A DNA stretch of 64,000 bases from Heptranchias perlo (taxonomy: Eukaryota): NCBI RefSeq assembly GCF_035084215.1, contig NC_090325.1, positions 112,902,001-112,966,000 on the forward strand, read 5' to 3'. Within the stretch, counting starts at the first letter, position 1, and every line of letters begins with the position of its first letter. The position numbers and the translations under genes were made by a program. Shown here piece after piece: positions 14,560 through 26,280 of the stretch. The notes below the pieces were generated by a model. The model did not search any database and had not been told where the DNA came from. It saw only the letters and a program-made list of their open reading frames with translations.

Positions 14560-14965
14560 AACAAACTTTCATTTATACAGTGCTTTTCACATTCAGAGGA
14601 TGTCCAACACACTACACAGCCAATGAATTACTTTTGAAGTGTTGTCACTATTGCAATGTAAGGAAATGCAGCAGTCAATTTGCACACAGCAAAGTCCCAC
14701 AAACGGCAAATGAGGTAAATGACCAGTTAATTTGTTTTGGTGATGTTGTTTGAGACGTAACTGTTGGCCAGGACACTAGGACAATTCCCCTGAAATTCTT
14801 CAAATAGTACCATAGAACCTTTTATGTCCACCTCAGCAAGCTAAAGGGATTTGGGTTTAACATCTCTTCAAAAGACAGCACCTCTGACAATGAAGCACTC
14901 TCTCAGTACTGTACTGAAGTGCCAGCTCAGATTATGTGACGATGTCCTGGAGTGTGGCTTGAAAA
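14560..14965 (-). mobile_element. DeuSINE/SacSINE-like SINE
   Basis: Reverse complement homologous to 4360-4765 (aaagacagcacctctgacaatgaagcactc, actttcatttatacag tail). Confidence 0.75.
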
Positions 14966-14968
14966 TGA

Positions 14969-15430
14969 GGGCCAGGATTTTCCTTCCAGTGGCGGTGCTC
15001 TGGTGGGTTGAGACTTCTGCCCAACTCTTTGACACCACTGCAACTCCAATCCAGTTTCCGTGGTTTGGGGTCATTACAGCTGCAGTGTGGGCTTCTGGTG
15101 TTACTCCCGCGGTCAAGAAAGAACCCGCCAGTGCCTGGCCACAAATTCCTGATGGTGCTATAGCAGGGGACCAAGGCCAATGCAGGTATATTGTCGGAGG
15201 TCAGACTGAAGAGAGAGGAGACCTTCACTGGGTAACCTTGGGGCCGTTACTACTACTTCCGGCCACCTTCCACATGGCAGTCCAGGGAATCAGGCAGACA
15301 AGGAGGAAATCCGTCAGTATCCCAGGGGCCACTTCACCCCCACCATTTGCAGGCAGCGGGTGGAGAAGGAGCAGCCAGTGGGTATCCCAGTGGGATGGGG
15401 CGGGGGGGGGGGGGTGGAATTCCAGCTCGG
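14969..15430. mobile_element. GC-rich MITE-like element
   Basis: Ends ggccaggattttcc / ggaattccagctc resemble the Harbinger-like TIRs seen elsewhere in the window. Confidence 0.4.
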
Positions 15431-16153
15431 GCAGTGAGACTGAATTCTTCCTCACTATGTTAGATAGCGCAAGTTGCCTTCTGTACTGTCTAAAATGCAT
15501 GAGTTAATTAATTAACTAAGATTTTATGTTTTTAATTGAATGTTAAAATCCGTGGTAGATACATGAGTACCCTCACCATGTAGCTCAAGAGGATATTCTG
15601 CCCAGGGAACATTTTGATAGTGTAATCTGCAGTAGTCAATGGTAAACAGACCATTCTCACTGTTCGATTTCAAACATATCTTTTTTGGGGGGGAATCAAA
15701 ACAGTTGTTTAATTTTGTATAGTTAGAGTTGTTTGGCTGCCATTTATAATGTGCATCACCTCTAATTTTTTTTTAACCAGAGGGTTTTAAAAAAAGATTT
15801 CTTCATTTTTGGTTTTCTTGTTTTATCCCATTCATGCTATGCCTCATTCCCTTCCTACTGACCATTAGAAAGGGAGTGCAAGTGCATCTGTGGTTCAGTC
15901 TCCCTGCTCTCCCACTGACACTGGAAAATTCAACATGTGTAGAATCACAAGTGGAAATCTACATCAAACCACATCACGGTACAGAATTTAACACAACACC
16001 TGGGCCATGCAACAAAGAACTTTTATATGTGTAGAAAAGGTTGTGAAGTAAATAAAGCAGGTATTATTTTTTGCTTTAATTTTTCTTTTAAATTTATGAT
16101 TCACGCCATCTTCTGGGCAGGTGCTATTATTGCACTTCCTGCTAGGTACAGTA

Positions 16154-16350
16154 CACGTACAGTTCGATGATTCAAACAGTGCACGTACAGTTCGATGATT
16201 CAAACAGTGCACGTACAGTTCGATGATTCAAACAGTGCACGTACAGTTCGATGATTCAAACAGTGCACGTACAGTTCGATGATTCAAACAGTGCACGTAC
16301 AGTTCGATGATTCAAACAGTGCACGTACAGTTCGATGATTCAAACAGTGC
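16154..16350. repeat. 28-bp minisatellite, 7 identical copies (cacgtacagttcgatgattcaaacagtg)
   Basis: Perfect head-to-tail repeats with no spacers. Confidence 0.97.
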
Positions 16351-16742
16351 AATAGTCAAGTGTCAACTAGTGCGCATGCTTTAACGATTAAAAACTTGAA
16401 TGTGCCCTCCATCATTACAGCTTTCCTTTAACGAGAATAATGCAAGGTTGCCATCCCTCATTACTTTTTACAGAAGTAACACCTGTAGAACAACCAGTTA
16501 ACTTTTATTGCCCTTACAACATGCAATTTTGACTTTTACAAAAAAACACATCTTAAAAATTGATGAGGCAATGGAGATTTTACAAAATGCTTCAGAGATC
16601 AATTATATAATAGTGGAACATACTTGTATAGAGTAAGATAAGGTCAGCGGACCAGGGTCAACAGACCCAGATTACACGGCTGCTCCTCACTGTACCCAGG
16701 GATATCCGAGCTCTATGCGTGGTTTTTCTCACCAGCTTTCAT

Positions 16743-18775
16743 GGGCTCGAATTTAGCAGGCCTGCGGGTTCCCAGCGGGTGGTCCTCCGGGAGCGTCGAA
16801 AACGCGGACGGCGAAATTAGTGGGTTGCCCACGCGATCGTAGCAGGCAACCCACTAATAGGAATCAATTACCTGCTCCTCCGGGGTCCACGGCGCTGGCC
16901 TGCGCGTCGGGTGGGCTGCGCATGCGCAGTACGATCTGTCAGCTGGAGGCTCTCTAGTTAAAGGGGCAGTCCTCCACTGACAGATGCTGCAACCAATGGG
17001 ACAAATTGCAGCATGGAGCAGCCCAGTTTAATGATGCCTCACCCCAGGTATCATCAGATGGGGTGAGGAGGAGGGGGAGGACACAGATCTTCCCCCCGGC
17101 GGGCGGGAGGAAGCGGCCTGCCTCTGCCACCAAGAAGGCCTGGCTCGAGGTGGCAGAGGGGGTCACCTGCACCACCAACATATGGCCCACCTGCATACAG
17201 TGCAGGAGGCGCTGCAATGACCTAAGTAGGTCAGCCGCAGTGAGAACACGTAGTCTTTCCCCTGCACTCCGTCTGCCACAACACTGCCCCCACCCCAAAT
17301 TTCCTTCGGCACCGCCAACACTATTCTGTCACATCACCCTTCATACCCACTCACACCCCATCCTCATCTTACCTCCACCTACTCACCTCGCCAGTACTCA
17401 TCCTGCCACTAACACGCGACCCAATCCTCATACAATCTCATGGCTCCATCCCATACTCACCCTCTCGTGCATCTCCCTCATGGCCAGCCTCACTCAACCT
17501 GCCACTACCTGTGCTGCAGCCACAGGGCATGCATCACATATGCGCAGTAGGCAGCGTAAGGCAAACGTCTCGTCAGCATGAAGGGGGTGCACAAGGGTGT
17601 CTGAGGGTTTGTCATGGGTGTTACCCATATTGAATTTCAGAGCAACAAACAGCACACATTATATTGACACCACCACTGCCATGTCTCCGCGAATCCTGTC
17701 CGTTGTGTCCAATAATGCCCGCTCCTGGGTATCACTATGAGGACCCACCACCGATGCCACCCATCGTGTTACTGCAGAGTAGGTGCAGGTGTATTTGCAG
17801 GGCTCGTCCGCGCAGACGACTGAGAGACATCGGCGGTGTAGCCGGCTGCACCCTGGAAGGATGCGGAGGAGAAGGTGTGGAGGGCAGTGGTGACTTTGCC
17901 AGCGACAGGTAAGCAGTTGGTGCTGGGGCCAGCCAGGAGCAGCTCGGCATGAAAGAGGCTGCAGATCTCCACGACTACATGTCGAGCGAATCTGCGCCTC
18001 CCTGTGCACTGCTGCTCGGAGAGGTCCGGGGAGCTGCGCCTCGGTCTGTGGACCCTGTGGCGAGGGTAGTGCCCTCTGCGACGCGTCTCTCTCTGCGGTA
18101 GCCCTCCCTCCTGCTGTGCAGGTGGGCGTGCAACAACACCGTGTTGGTGGGATCCACGTCCCTGCGGCGGACGGCGTGGACTGCGAGGCTGCTGGTGCTG
18201 GTCATGCTCTTCGTCCTCCGAGGGTCTCCACACACCACCCAACTGGCAGGTGTTGGTCTGAGGGGTTGTGCAGGGTAGGTGTGTGGTTCCTCGGACTGGG
18301 GCTGCGGTTTCGTGTCGGTCTGTCCTCTGGCTTGGCGGGGGGTGGTGGAGGGCAGGGGTTGCCCTATGTGACGCGGTGGCCTCCTGCGTGGGTGAGGGCT
18401 CTCCCCCGTGGAGCGCACCTTGGCACCTGCCACAGGCTGCTGGCTGCAACACGCCTGGTTGGAGGGAGACTGTTTCCCCCAGTGTGGGAAACTCACTGCC
18501 TTGAACCTAAAATCCCACACTTCCTCTTTTGACAGCTGATTCAGCTCATTAAATGACCACAACGAGCAAAGTAAGTACTCTCAAGTGGAACCCCGCTGGC
18601 TTTAATTGCCTGCGGGATTCCCACCAGCGGGGCTTGCGCGCGCAGCCCCGCACGTCAGCGCGGTACCCGGAAGTGGCCGGGATTTCGTCGCGATCCGGTC
18701 ACGTGACCGGAGATCGGGATTTTCAGGGCCACCCCGCTGGGAACCCGCCGGAAACACACTCCTAAAATCGAGCCC
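16743..18775 (+). mobile_element. Internally deleted PIF/Harbinger transposon (non-autonomous derivative A)
   Basis: TIRs GGGCTCGAATTTAG / CTAAAATCGAGCCC flanked by a 3-bp TSD (CAT); Myb/SANT exon on +, transposase N-terminal remnant on -. Confidence 0.92.
17006..17581 (+). CDS. Transposon-derived Myb/SANT-like (trihelix) mini-ORF, 191 aa in the ORF track; expression unknown
   Basis: SATKKAWLEVAEGV...WPTCIQCRRRCNDLSRS matches the Myb exon of the full element; the C-terminus PATTCAAATGHASHMRSRQRKANV matches that element's C-terminus; first ATG in frame is near 17013. Confidence 0.5.
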   Translation: MQHGAAQFNDASPQVSSDGVRRRGRTQIFPPAGGRKRPASATKKAWLEVAEGVTCTTNIWPTCIQCRRRCNDLSRSAAVRTRSLSPALRLPQHCPHPKFPSAPPTLFCHITLHTHSHPILILPPPTHLASTHPATNTRPNPHTISWLHPILTLSCISLMASLTQPATTCAAATGHASHMRSRQRKANVSSA

Positions 18776-19059
18776 CATAAGTGGGCTAAAATTTACTACT
18801 AGTGAAGGCCAACAGGGCACATTATCTGCTCACATTAAAAATTAAGGTAAAATCTTCAGGTGCTTTATTGGAAACTTGCCTGGCTTTCCACTGGACTGCA
18901 GTTAAACTACCTCTTTGCCACAGTATGGTCAGTGTGCTGACCTTGCTCCTGAGTTAAATTTCTGGTTTTGTATTGATGCACACTTGGTACTCCTTCACAT
19001 ACTGTAAAACTGATAATATATCTGGACCTTTAATCTGCTGATTGTCACATTAATATATG

Positions 19060-19800
19060 CAGTAGCAGGGTTTTTAACCCCTGGGCGGAAAGCATAGGAG
19101 AGGCACCACCTGGGAGTTGCCATGGGAGGGCCAGTCATTTTTAAACCACCGAGCCTCATTAACATTTCACCAGCCAGTTGCCTGCAGGTATAAAGAGGCA
19201 GATAGCTGGCTGCCACAACGCGAAAATCGTGCAGCCAGCCCTCGGGTAAGATGCAGGGTTTTAGTAAATTTGTACGGTAAGTTTTGTACTTAGCTTTTGG
19301 GGCCTCCGCTTCTTCTTTGGCAGTTTTTATTGGTCAGATCATCCACGGTGGATGCCCTGGTCAGTACGCAGTTAAATTGCCTGAGAACCTATTTCGTCAT
19401 CGAGCCTCATTTGAATGAAAACATTAAGCTGCGGGCGAAAGAAAACGGGCATCCCGATGCAGCTCGCCAGTTGGGATTTGATGAATTCCAGCCAGCTCTG
19501 ACACCTAGCTGGCCCACAGGTTGATTTTGTGGTGTTGAGGAGACGAAGCCAAGGGGAGCAAGCTCGGGCCAGCAACGGCTCACTACTCCTTTAAGGACCG
19601 CTGCAAGCTCCGCCCATTTGTACAGAAAATTTGCGTCGGGGGTCCTACTAGAGTAGGACTCCAATTTGCATAATATTGCAGCTTTCCACCTGTTTCAGGC
19701 TGTCCATACATAGGCCCGCCTGAATACGGCATCAGACGGGCCTTGGGTGTCAATGGAGCGGTCATGATGCCCCCCTCCCCAAGATTTTCAATTCCCCCTC
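19060..19800. mobile_element. GC-rich MITE-like repeat
   Basis: Motifs shared with other MITEs here (ttttaacccc, ttttggggcctcc, aatttgcataat); ends not resolved. Confidence 0.4.
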
Positions 19801-20359
19801 CCTCCCATTTTTATGCTGCAAAATGGATGGCCCTGAGTTGAATTGTTCCCCCATTAAGTTCAGGCTGTGTGGGACACAACTTTTGTGCAATTGGGAGAGG
19901 CCAGAAAATAGGTCCTGTTTAGTACAAATAATATGGGAGGTAATTGTTAGAAAATAGGAACAGGATGACTGCCTCATGGATTAGAGATCACATCTGCACT
20001 AAGACACAGGACAAAAATGCTTACTGAAAGTTTTTGTTTCCTCCCTCAACATTGTGCCACCTGCTCCTGACATTCTCCTTCTGCTCTGTATTGTTGTTTT
20101 GTCCAGGACAGCTGTCAATGTTGCCCTGTAATCAGCCAAAGGAAGTGTGGTTCAAGAGGGCAAATCAAATGATTTCCGTTTCTTTTCCCTTCCCAACTAA
20201 GCAGAACAATTTTGAATGACAAGTAGAACTAGGAGTTCAAAAATCAGAACATGCAACTTGCAAGTTAAGTGTTCAAGATATCGACTGGGAGCTACCCCTA
20301 GAACACCTGCTTATTCCATCTCACTCTACCTCCAGCCTGTCTAAGGCTAAAGGTTCAGC

Positions 20360-21040
20360 CGACAGGATTTTTCACCTGAATTGCACCAGTTTTCCAGGCG
20401 GGTGGGTGGAAAATTGGTGGGAAGCTGTACATCCGGGCTCCTGCCCATTTCTGTGCCTGCACCAATCTTCCATCAGATGCCAGAAGGACCCAACTACGTA
20501 AGAGCAGGTGTGTTCAAATCAGGTGGTAAGGACACAGTGACATCATGTGTTACATTTCCCGTCATTACCACTTTAACAACACTGGCGGTAGTTATGCCAG
20601 CATTTTACTGGCATCTAGTGTTGCTAGGGCTGGCGGAGAGAGATTATAATTAAAATGGAGTGTTTCTAGAGCCAGCAGATGCGATTTTTCAAGTTCAAAT
20701 GGGCCATCCCAGCAAATATAATGAATTTGTGATGGGATCGGAGTACTATATCCCACCATCAGGTTTTGCCAGGAAATGAAGAGACCACACACTTCTGTCT
20801 GTCTGGGTAGTGACCGGCCCTTTTTTGTAGCTATCGATGCCAGAGTTCTGCAGCAGCAGCGATTTTTTTCATCCCCTCCCAGCCTGGTGGTGGACTCCCC
20901 AGTAGGAATCTGCCAAAATAATTTGCATAGGGCTGACCTCAGGAGTTCTCCAGGGTCGGCAGAGGAACAAGTGGTTGGGCACAAATAACGTCCCATCAGC
21001 CCAATGCCCCCAGATCTTGCCCGAAGGAAAATTCCAGCTA
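20360..21040. mobile_element. MITE-like element
   Basis: Ends caggattttt / gaaaattccagc; GC-rich and non-coding. Confidence 0.35.
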
Positions 21041-21459
21041 AGTAAGTCTTCTCCATCCTCATATACTGTTCTAGTTACTATTGCATTATTAGGAATTACT
21101 TTACCACTATTGCCTTACAAAATGCTTCATCAACTATTATTTACAAGTGTGCAGAGGCTGCCAAAGGCAAAGCCTTGCTTTTCTTGGTAAAAACTGTGTT
21201 TATACCCAAGCAATATAGACAGCAAGTTTAGTTCACATCAAGGATGACGAGAGCACTTTAGACTGTAATCGCTCAGGGTTTATATTTCCAGATGACCATC
21301 TCCTTGATTTTATTCATACAAATTTCCCAGCCCAGTTGGTGCTTTTTTTTGCTCTGCAGAAAATGATAACCTGTTTCTGCCAGCTTGATGCCAATCTCCC
21401 AGTTCACAACCAAGTTCAGTATAAGAATAGAACAGGAAAAAGAAAAATGGAAGACAAGA

Positions 21460-21845
21460 GTACTTGTCTGGAAAACTAGCAACTTGCAGTGAGATAAAAA
21501 GGGACTTTGCCCAGATTAAATGGAGGGAAAAAATTGGCAAGTAGAACTGTAGATCAGCAAAGGGAAATACTTAAACAGGAGGTGAAAAGAATACAACTAA
21601 GAGCATTCCAGTAAGCTAGAAAAGGAAGTGCATTGAAGGCTGGGGCTCCAGAGATGAATAAAGAGATTAATTCAAGTCTGAAACAAAAAAAAGGATTTAG
21701 CACTTACAGGGCAAACAGTAAAAAAGAAAGCCAGAACAAAGGAAAGAATATGGGAAAACTATAGAAAGGACAATTAGAAAGACTAGGAGGGAGTGTGAGA
21801 GAAAACTATCAAAAAAAACATGATGAGCAATAAAAAGGCTTTCCC
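21460..21845 (+). mobile_element. Old CR1 ORF2 fragment
   Basis: Purine-rich, resembles the CR1 linker region (gggactttgcccagattaaatgg, gctccagagatgaataaagag). Confidence 0.55.
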
Positions 21846-23559
21846 TTTTTTCTACTACTGTAAAGTCATATTATTTCCCTAGGATGTGGTGACCCACCTA
21901 GTGACTTTAATAGAATAAAGTTAGGCATAAATTCACACATACATTTTATGAAACCATTGTACTATTAAGGGTACATTCACATAGATATTTATTGTACATT
22001 TAGGGTGTGTAGTCACACACATTTTACGAGTATACAACCATACATAGTTTATGGAGTAACTGCACACCCTGACTGCATGGTGAGTGTTGGGGTCACCTAT
22101 TCTTGAGTTACCTCATCTCTTTTCAACCCAGTGATGTACTGCACCATGGACCTTTCATCTAGGCTTCTGAATAATAATTAAAATAAGTTCCTTACTAAAT
22201 ACATGCAGATTTTCAATTTTGTAACATCAAGGCAGCGTTCCTGAATATTATGGAATAGAACTGGAAGAAATAAATGACAGCATTACAGAACATTTCTTAA
22301 GAAAATGACACACTGTACTCATTATAGATTTATTTGTTGCACAATTTTGATTTTGATTTGAAAATGCGACCACGGGCCTCAAGATTCCAGCAGTGGCTCT
22401 ATGGTTACAATATGTTATAATATACACAGGAGGATTGCACACCAGCACAATTTTTCAGTAAAACACTTCCTTCCTGTCAGCTAACACCATTATAATATTC
22501 TCAACAAAACTGAATGGGCAGAATGGTGACTGTAAGGGGAAATTTACAGAGATGGAAGATATTAACTCCAATGGCAAATCTTAAAGAGTGAAGGTCCCTT
22601 GCACAGGTCATCAAGAAACAAAAATGGCTGTGGGTGTAATCAGATTCTCAGGATTCGAGGTAATGCTTGAAAATTTAGCTTCATGGCCCCCCTCAAGTAA
22701 GTTTCATACATTGTGCTCGTAACACAATCCCAGCCATTTCACAAAAATGTGAAAATTGGAGGAAAGCACACAACTATAATTTCTATAAATAATAATGCGA
22801 TTGGAGCAATCATTTGTTAAAGTGTATTGTACAAGTGGATTTTGTTTTAATTTTTGATGACCAAAATAAAACTTAAAAAATTAAATTCTAGTCTTGTCAT
22901 TTCTTTGAGTTTATTTTGTCAATTTATGTAACCAAACGTGTGTTAAACCCTTATCTGTATATGTATTTGATTTCAGAGCCTGAGTAGCAGGTCTCCTGAT
23001 TGGATCTCAGGTCCCATAAACCTGTGTTGGAGATTGATAGTGTGATATGATAACAGGGACTGAATGTTCTGGCATACTTTTTTGACCCCCCTCTGAGACT
23101 TGGGTCTTCCATTTAGCCCTGACTGATGGAATAAAGTCTTTTCTTTCTGATGGCTCCAAGACTCAAACATGAAATGGGTTTGTGCCAATCTCAAACCAGG
23201 ACCTGGGAGATGTAACTCCACAACACAAAATTCCCTGTTATTTGGCAGTAGTTGGTAGTCTCAAACTCAGGTATCATTCTTGCTATGTTCGGGTTAAGGG
23301 ATATTTTGGAGTCAAATTATCTTACCTCTAACGATACAGGATTTAACCTTGATATTGATATCAGCTGGACAGATGGTGTGGTTAGAGTTACAGAATTCTC
23401 CACACCCCAAAAAATGGAACGTTAATAAATAATATTAGAATCAATAGTATGAGAAAAAGCCATTAGTCAAATCAACCTTGTTCCAATTTGTCCTTTAGAC
23501 AACCCTGCTCACAAATTACAATATAAATTGGATGTATTGCTACCTCAACTTCTTTGTAC

Positions 23560-23810
23560 TGGAAGCAATGTCTGTTACTCCTCAAAGAATTGTATGAGTT
23601 CTGTCAAGCACGGTCATCCCTTTTGAAATCCATGCTGGCTACTTCTAACTATTTTATCTTTATCTGGACATGTGGTAATTTCATCCTGAATTAAAGATTC
23701 CAAAATTTTCCCTACCACAAATGTTAAGCAAAACTGGCCTGTAATTACCTGGATTAGCTCTGTCTCCCTTTTTAAAAATGGGTACTACATTGGCCACTCT
23801 CCAATCCATG
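23560..23810 (-). mobile_element. CR1 ORF2 fragment
   Basis: DWRVANVVPIFKKGDRANPGNYRPV motif in ORF 23681-23920. Confidence 0.85.
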
Positions 23811-24076
23811 AACAAAACTAAATTGTAATTCTTCAGGCCTTTCTGATGAGACACTTCTGTATTAGTGGTCCTAAATCTGAGGAAATTCAGTATCCATGGG
23901 CACATTGCACCCAAGACCAAAGTGCTTTCTGTGCTCTTACCTGTATGGATAGAGTGTCATAAAAATATATTCACTGACAGAAAACAGTAGTACAGGATTG
24001 CTTTCTTTCTTATTGTCTGTTAAGTATGTACATCTAGTGAGCAACAACTAAATTAAGCTTTGTCTTGTTGTTCTAG

Positions 24077-24121
24077 GCCCTCCAGGAAAGCGAGGTAGAA
24101 GGGGCAGGAATGGAGTACCCG
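24077..24121 (+). CDS. 45-nt collagen exon (start of first Gly-X-Y domain) of a transmembrane MACIT collagen, COL23A1/COL25A1-like
   Basis: Pyrimidine tract + ttctag acceptor and G|gtaagt donor; phase 1-1; encodes (G)PPGKRGRRGRNGVP(G); resembles COL25A1 GPPGKRGKRGRRGESGPP and COL23A1 GPPGRRGKPGRRGDPGPP as recalled. Confidence 0.9.
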
Positions 24122-24524
24122 GTAAGTATCAGCACTGGCTTCAAAATGTTGCATTTTTTCCACATCAGTATTTAGTCATTAAAGTACAAAGGTAGTCATA
24201 GCGTGATGTTTCACATTAAGTCGATTATTCCTAGCCAGGCTTCTACTTTATTAATCGTAAATACTGGGTTTATTCTGTAGTGATGTAATAGCAGCAACCC
24301 AGCATGACTTAGTGTACTGGAATTGTGTTTGTACTGCACCAATCTGGAATTGTTAATGCATCGAGTAAAACAGCTGCAATCCTTGGCATTAAACCTTTGC
24401 TTTTTCTGTTTAATATGCTACACGTTTAAGGCAGATTAAGCTAATGAGGGGAAAAAATCTTTAACAAAACCCAGCTGAGAATTTCTTATCATTTTTAAAG
24501 TAAAAAATGAAGAGTTTCAAAATG

Positions 24525-24721
24525 NNNNNNNNNNNNNNNNNNNNNNNNNNNNNNNNNNNNNNNNNNNNNNNNNNNNNNNNNNNNNNNNNNNNNNNNNNNN
24601 NNNNNNNNNNNNNNNNNNNNNNNNNNNNNNNNNNNNNNNNNNNNNNNNNNNNNNNNNNNNNNNNNNNNNNNNNNNNNNNNNNNNNNNNNNNNNNNNNNNN
24701 NNNNNNNNNNNNNNNNNNNNN
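24525..24721. other. Assembly gap (N run)
   Basis: Run of n characters. Confidence 1.
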
Positions 24722-24876
24722 AGCCAGGTGTGAAAAGATTAGATGGTAAATATTAGCAAAAATGCATCTATCATGTAAGGTGATTATGTCTTTCCTCAGC
24801 TCTTGGACAGGCTGTTACATTGAGCATTATGCCATTGAGGGAAATTATTATTTAACTGTGCACCGTTTAACTAACT

Positions 24877-26280
24877 GGGGGGAGTTTTAACCCCCCTGCC
24901 ACAATGGGTGGGAGAGAGTTGGGGGGCAGGGGGGGGGGTTCAAAATTAGAAATCGCCTAATGCCACCCAAACCCGCCGCGTTCACTCTAGAGAGGTGGGA
25001 CACTTCATTATAATATTTAAATCAGGCTCCCATAGTGCAGTTGGGAGCCTGATTTAAATTTAACGGTTGCCGGCCGGGTTTCCCAGGGCTCAGGAAACCC
25101 GGCAGCGAAATGGAGACGGGACCAGTCGGATCAGACAGCTAAGTGCTTTTTATAGCACTGCTTGTGAGCCAGGAGGAGCAGGAGTGTTCCACTCAGCCAC
25201 TCAAGCAAATCTTCTGCCACGATCAGCCGACTCCCTCCTCCAAAATCACGATCCCAAGCCTTACACGCCTCGATCTTTGCTGACCCCCCCATACGCCCCG
25301 CGATCTTTGCTGACCCCCCCATACGCCCCGCGATCTTTGCTGACCCCCCATTACGCCCCACGATCTTTGCCGACCCCCCCATACGCCCCTTCATCTTTGC
25401 CGACCCCCCCATTACGCCCCATCATCTTTGCCGACCCCCCCATTACGCCCCATGATCTTTGCTGACCCCCCATTACGCCCCATGATCTTTGCCGACCCCC
25501 CCATTACGCCCCATGATCTTTGCCGACCCCCCCATTACGCCCCATGATCTTTGCCGACCCCCCCATTACGCCCCATCATCTTTGCCGACCCCCCCATTAC
25601 GCCCCATGATCTTTGCTGACCCCCCATTACGCCCCATGATCTTTGCCGACCCCCCCATTACGCCCCATCATCTTTGCCGACCCCCCCATTACGCCCCATC
25701 ATCTTTGCCGACCCCCCCATTACGCCCCATCATCTTTGCCGACCCCCCCATACGCCCCGCGATCTTTGCCGACCCCCCATTACGCCCCGTGATCTTTGCC
25801 GAGCCCCCTTTATGTCCTGTGATCATTGCCGACCCCCCCATTACGCCCCATCATCTTTGCCGACCCCCCCATACGCCCCGCGATCTTTACCAACCCCCCT
25901 TTGTGCCCCGCAATCTTTGCCGACCCCCCTTTTTCCCCAATGATCTTTGCCGACCCCCCCATACGCCCCGCGATCTTTGCCGACCCCCCTTTATGCCCCG
26001 CGATCTTTGCCGACCTCCGTTTATGCCCCGCGATCTTTGCTGACCCCCCCCATGTCCAGCGACCTTTGCCGATTGCTCCTGCAGCCTTCTACCTCAGGCT
26101 TTCCTGCCTTTCAGCCGGCCAGCCTGTCAATCTGCTGCCGGGCAGAAAACAGAATAAAAAATGATAATGTGCACCTGCCGTTAAATTCGGCAGGTCCTCC
26201 GCTTTCCCGGGTTTTCCAGGTTTCCGCCCCGCAAACACACTCCCCTGCTTCCTTCCTGCCTCCCTGTAAATATCGGGACC
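24877..26280. mobile_element. Harbinger-like MITE carrying an internal minisatellite
   Basis: Ends ggggggagttttaac / gtaaatatcgggacc; the right end resembles the Harbinger terminus ctaatatcggggcc at 32224; flanks act/att. Confidence 0.6.
25265..26070. repeat. ~29-31-bp C-rich minisatellite (gatctttgccgacccccccattacgccccat)
   Basis: About 26 imperfect tandem units with variable C-run length. Confidence 0.95.

Noticed and set aside
16154-16350. CRISPR-like 28-bp repeats
   Set aside because: The units are contiguous with no spacers, no cas genes are present and the context is eukaryotic; this is a minisatellite.
24507-24749. 80-aa ORF
   Set aside because: It spans the N gap and is an artefact.
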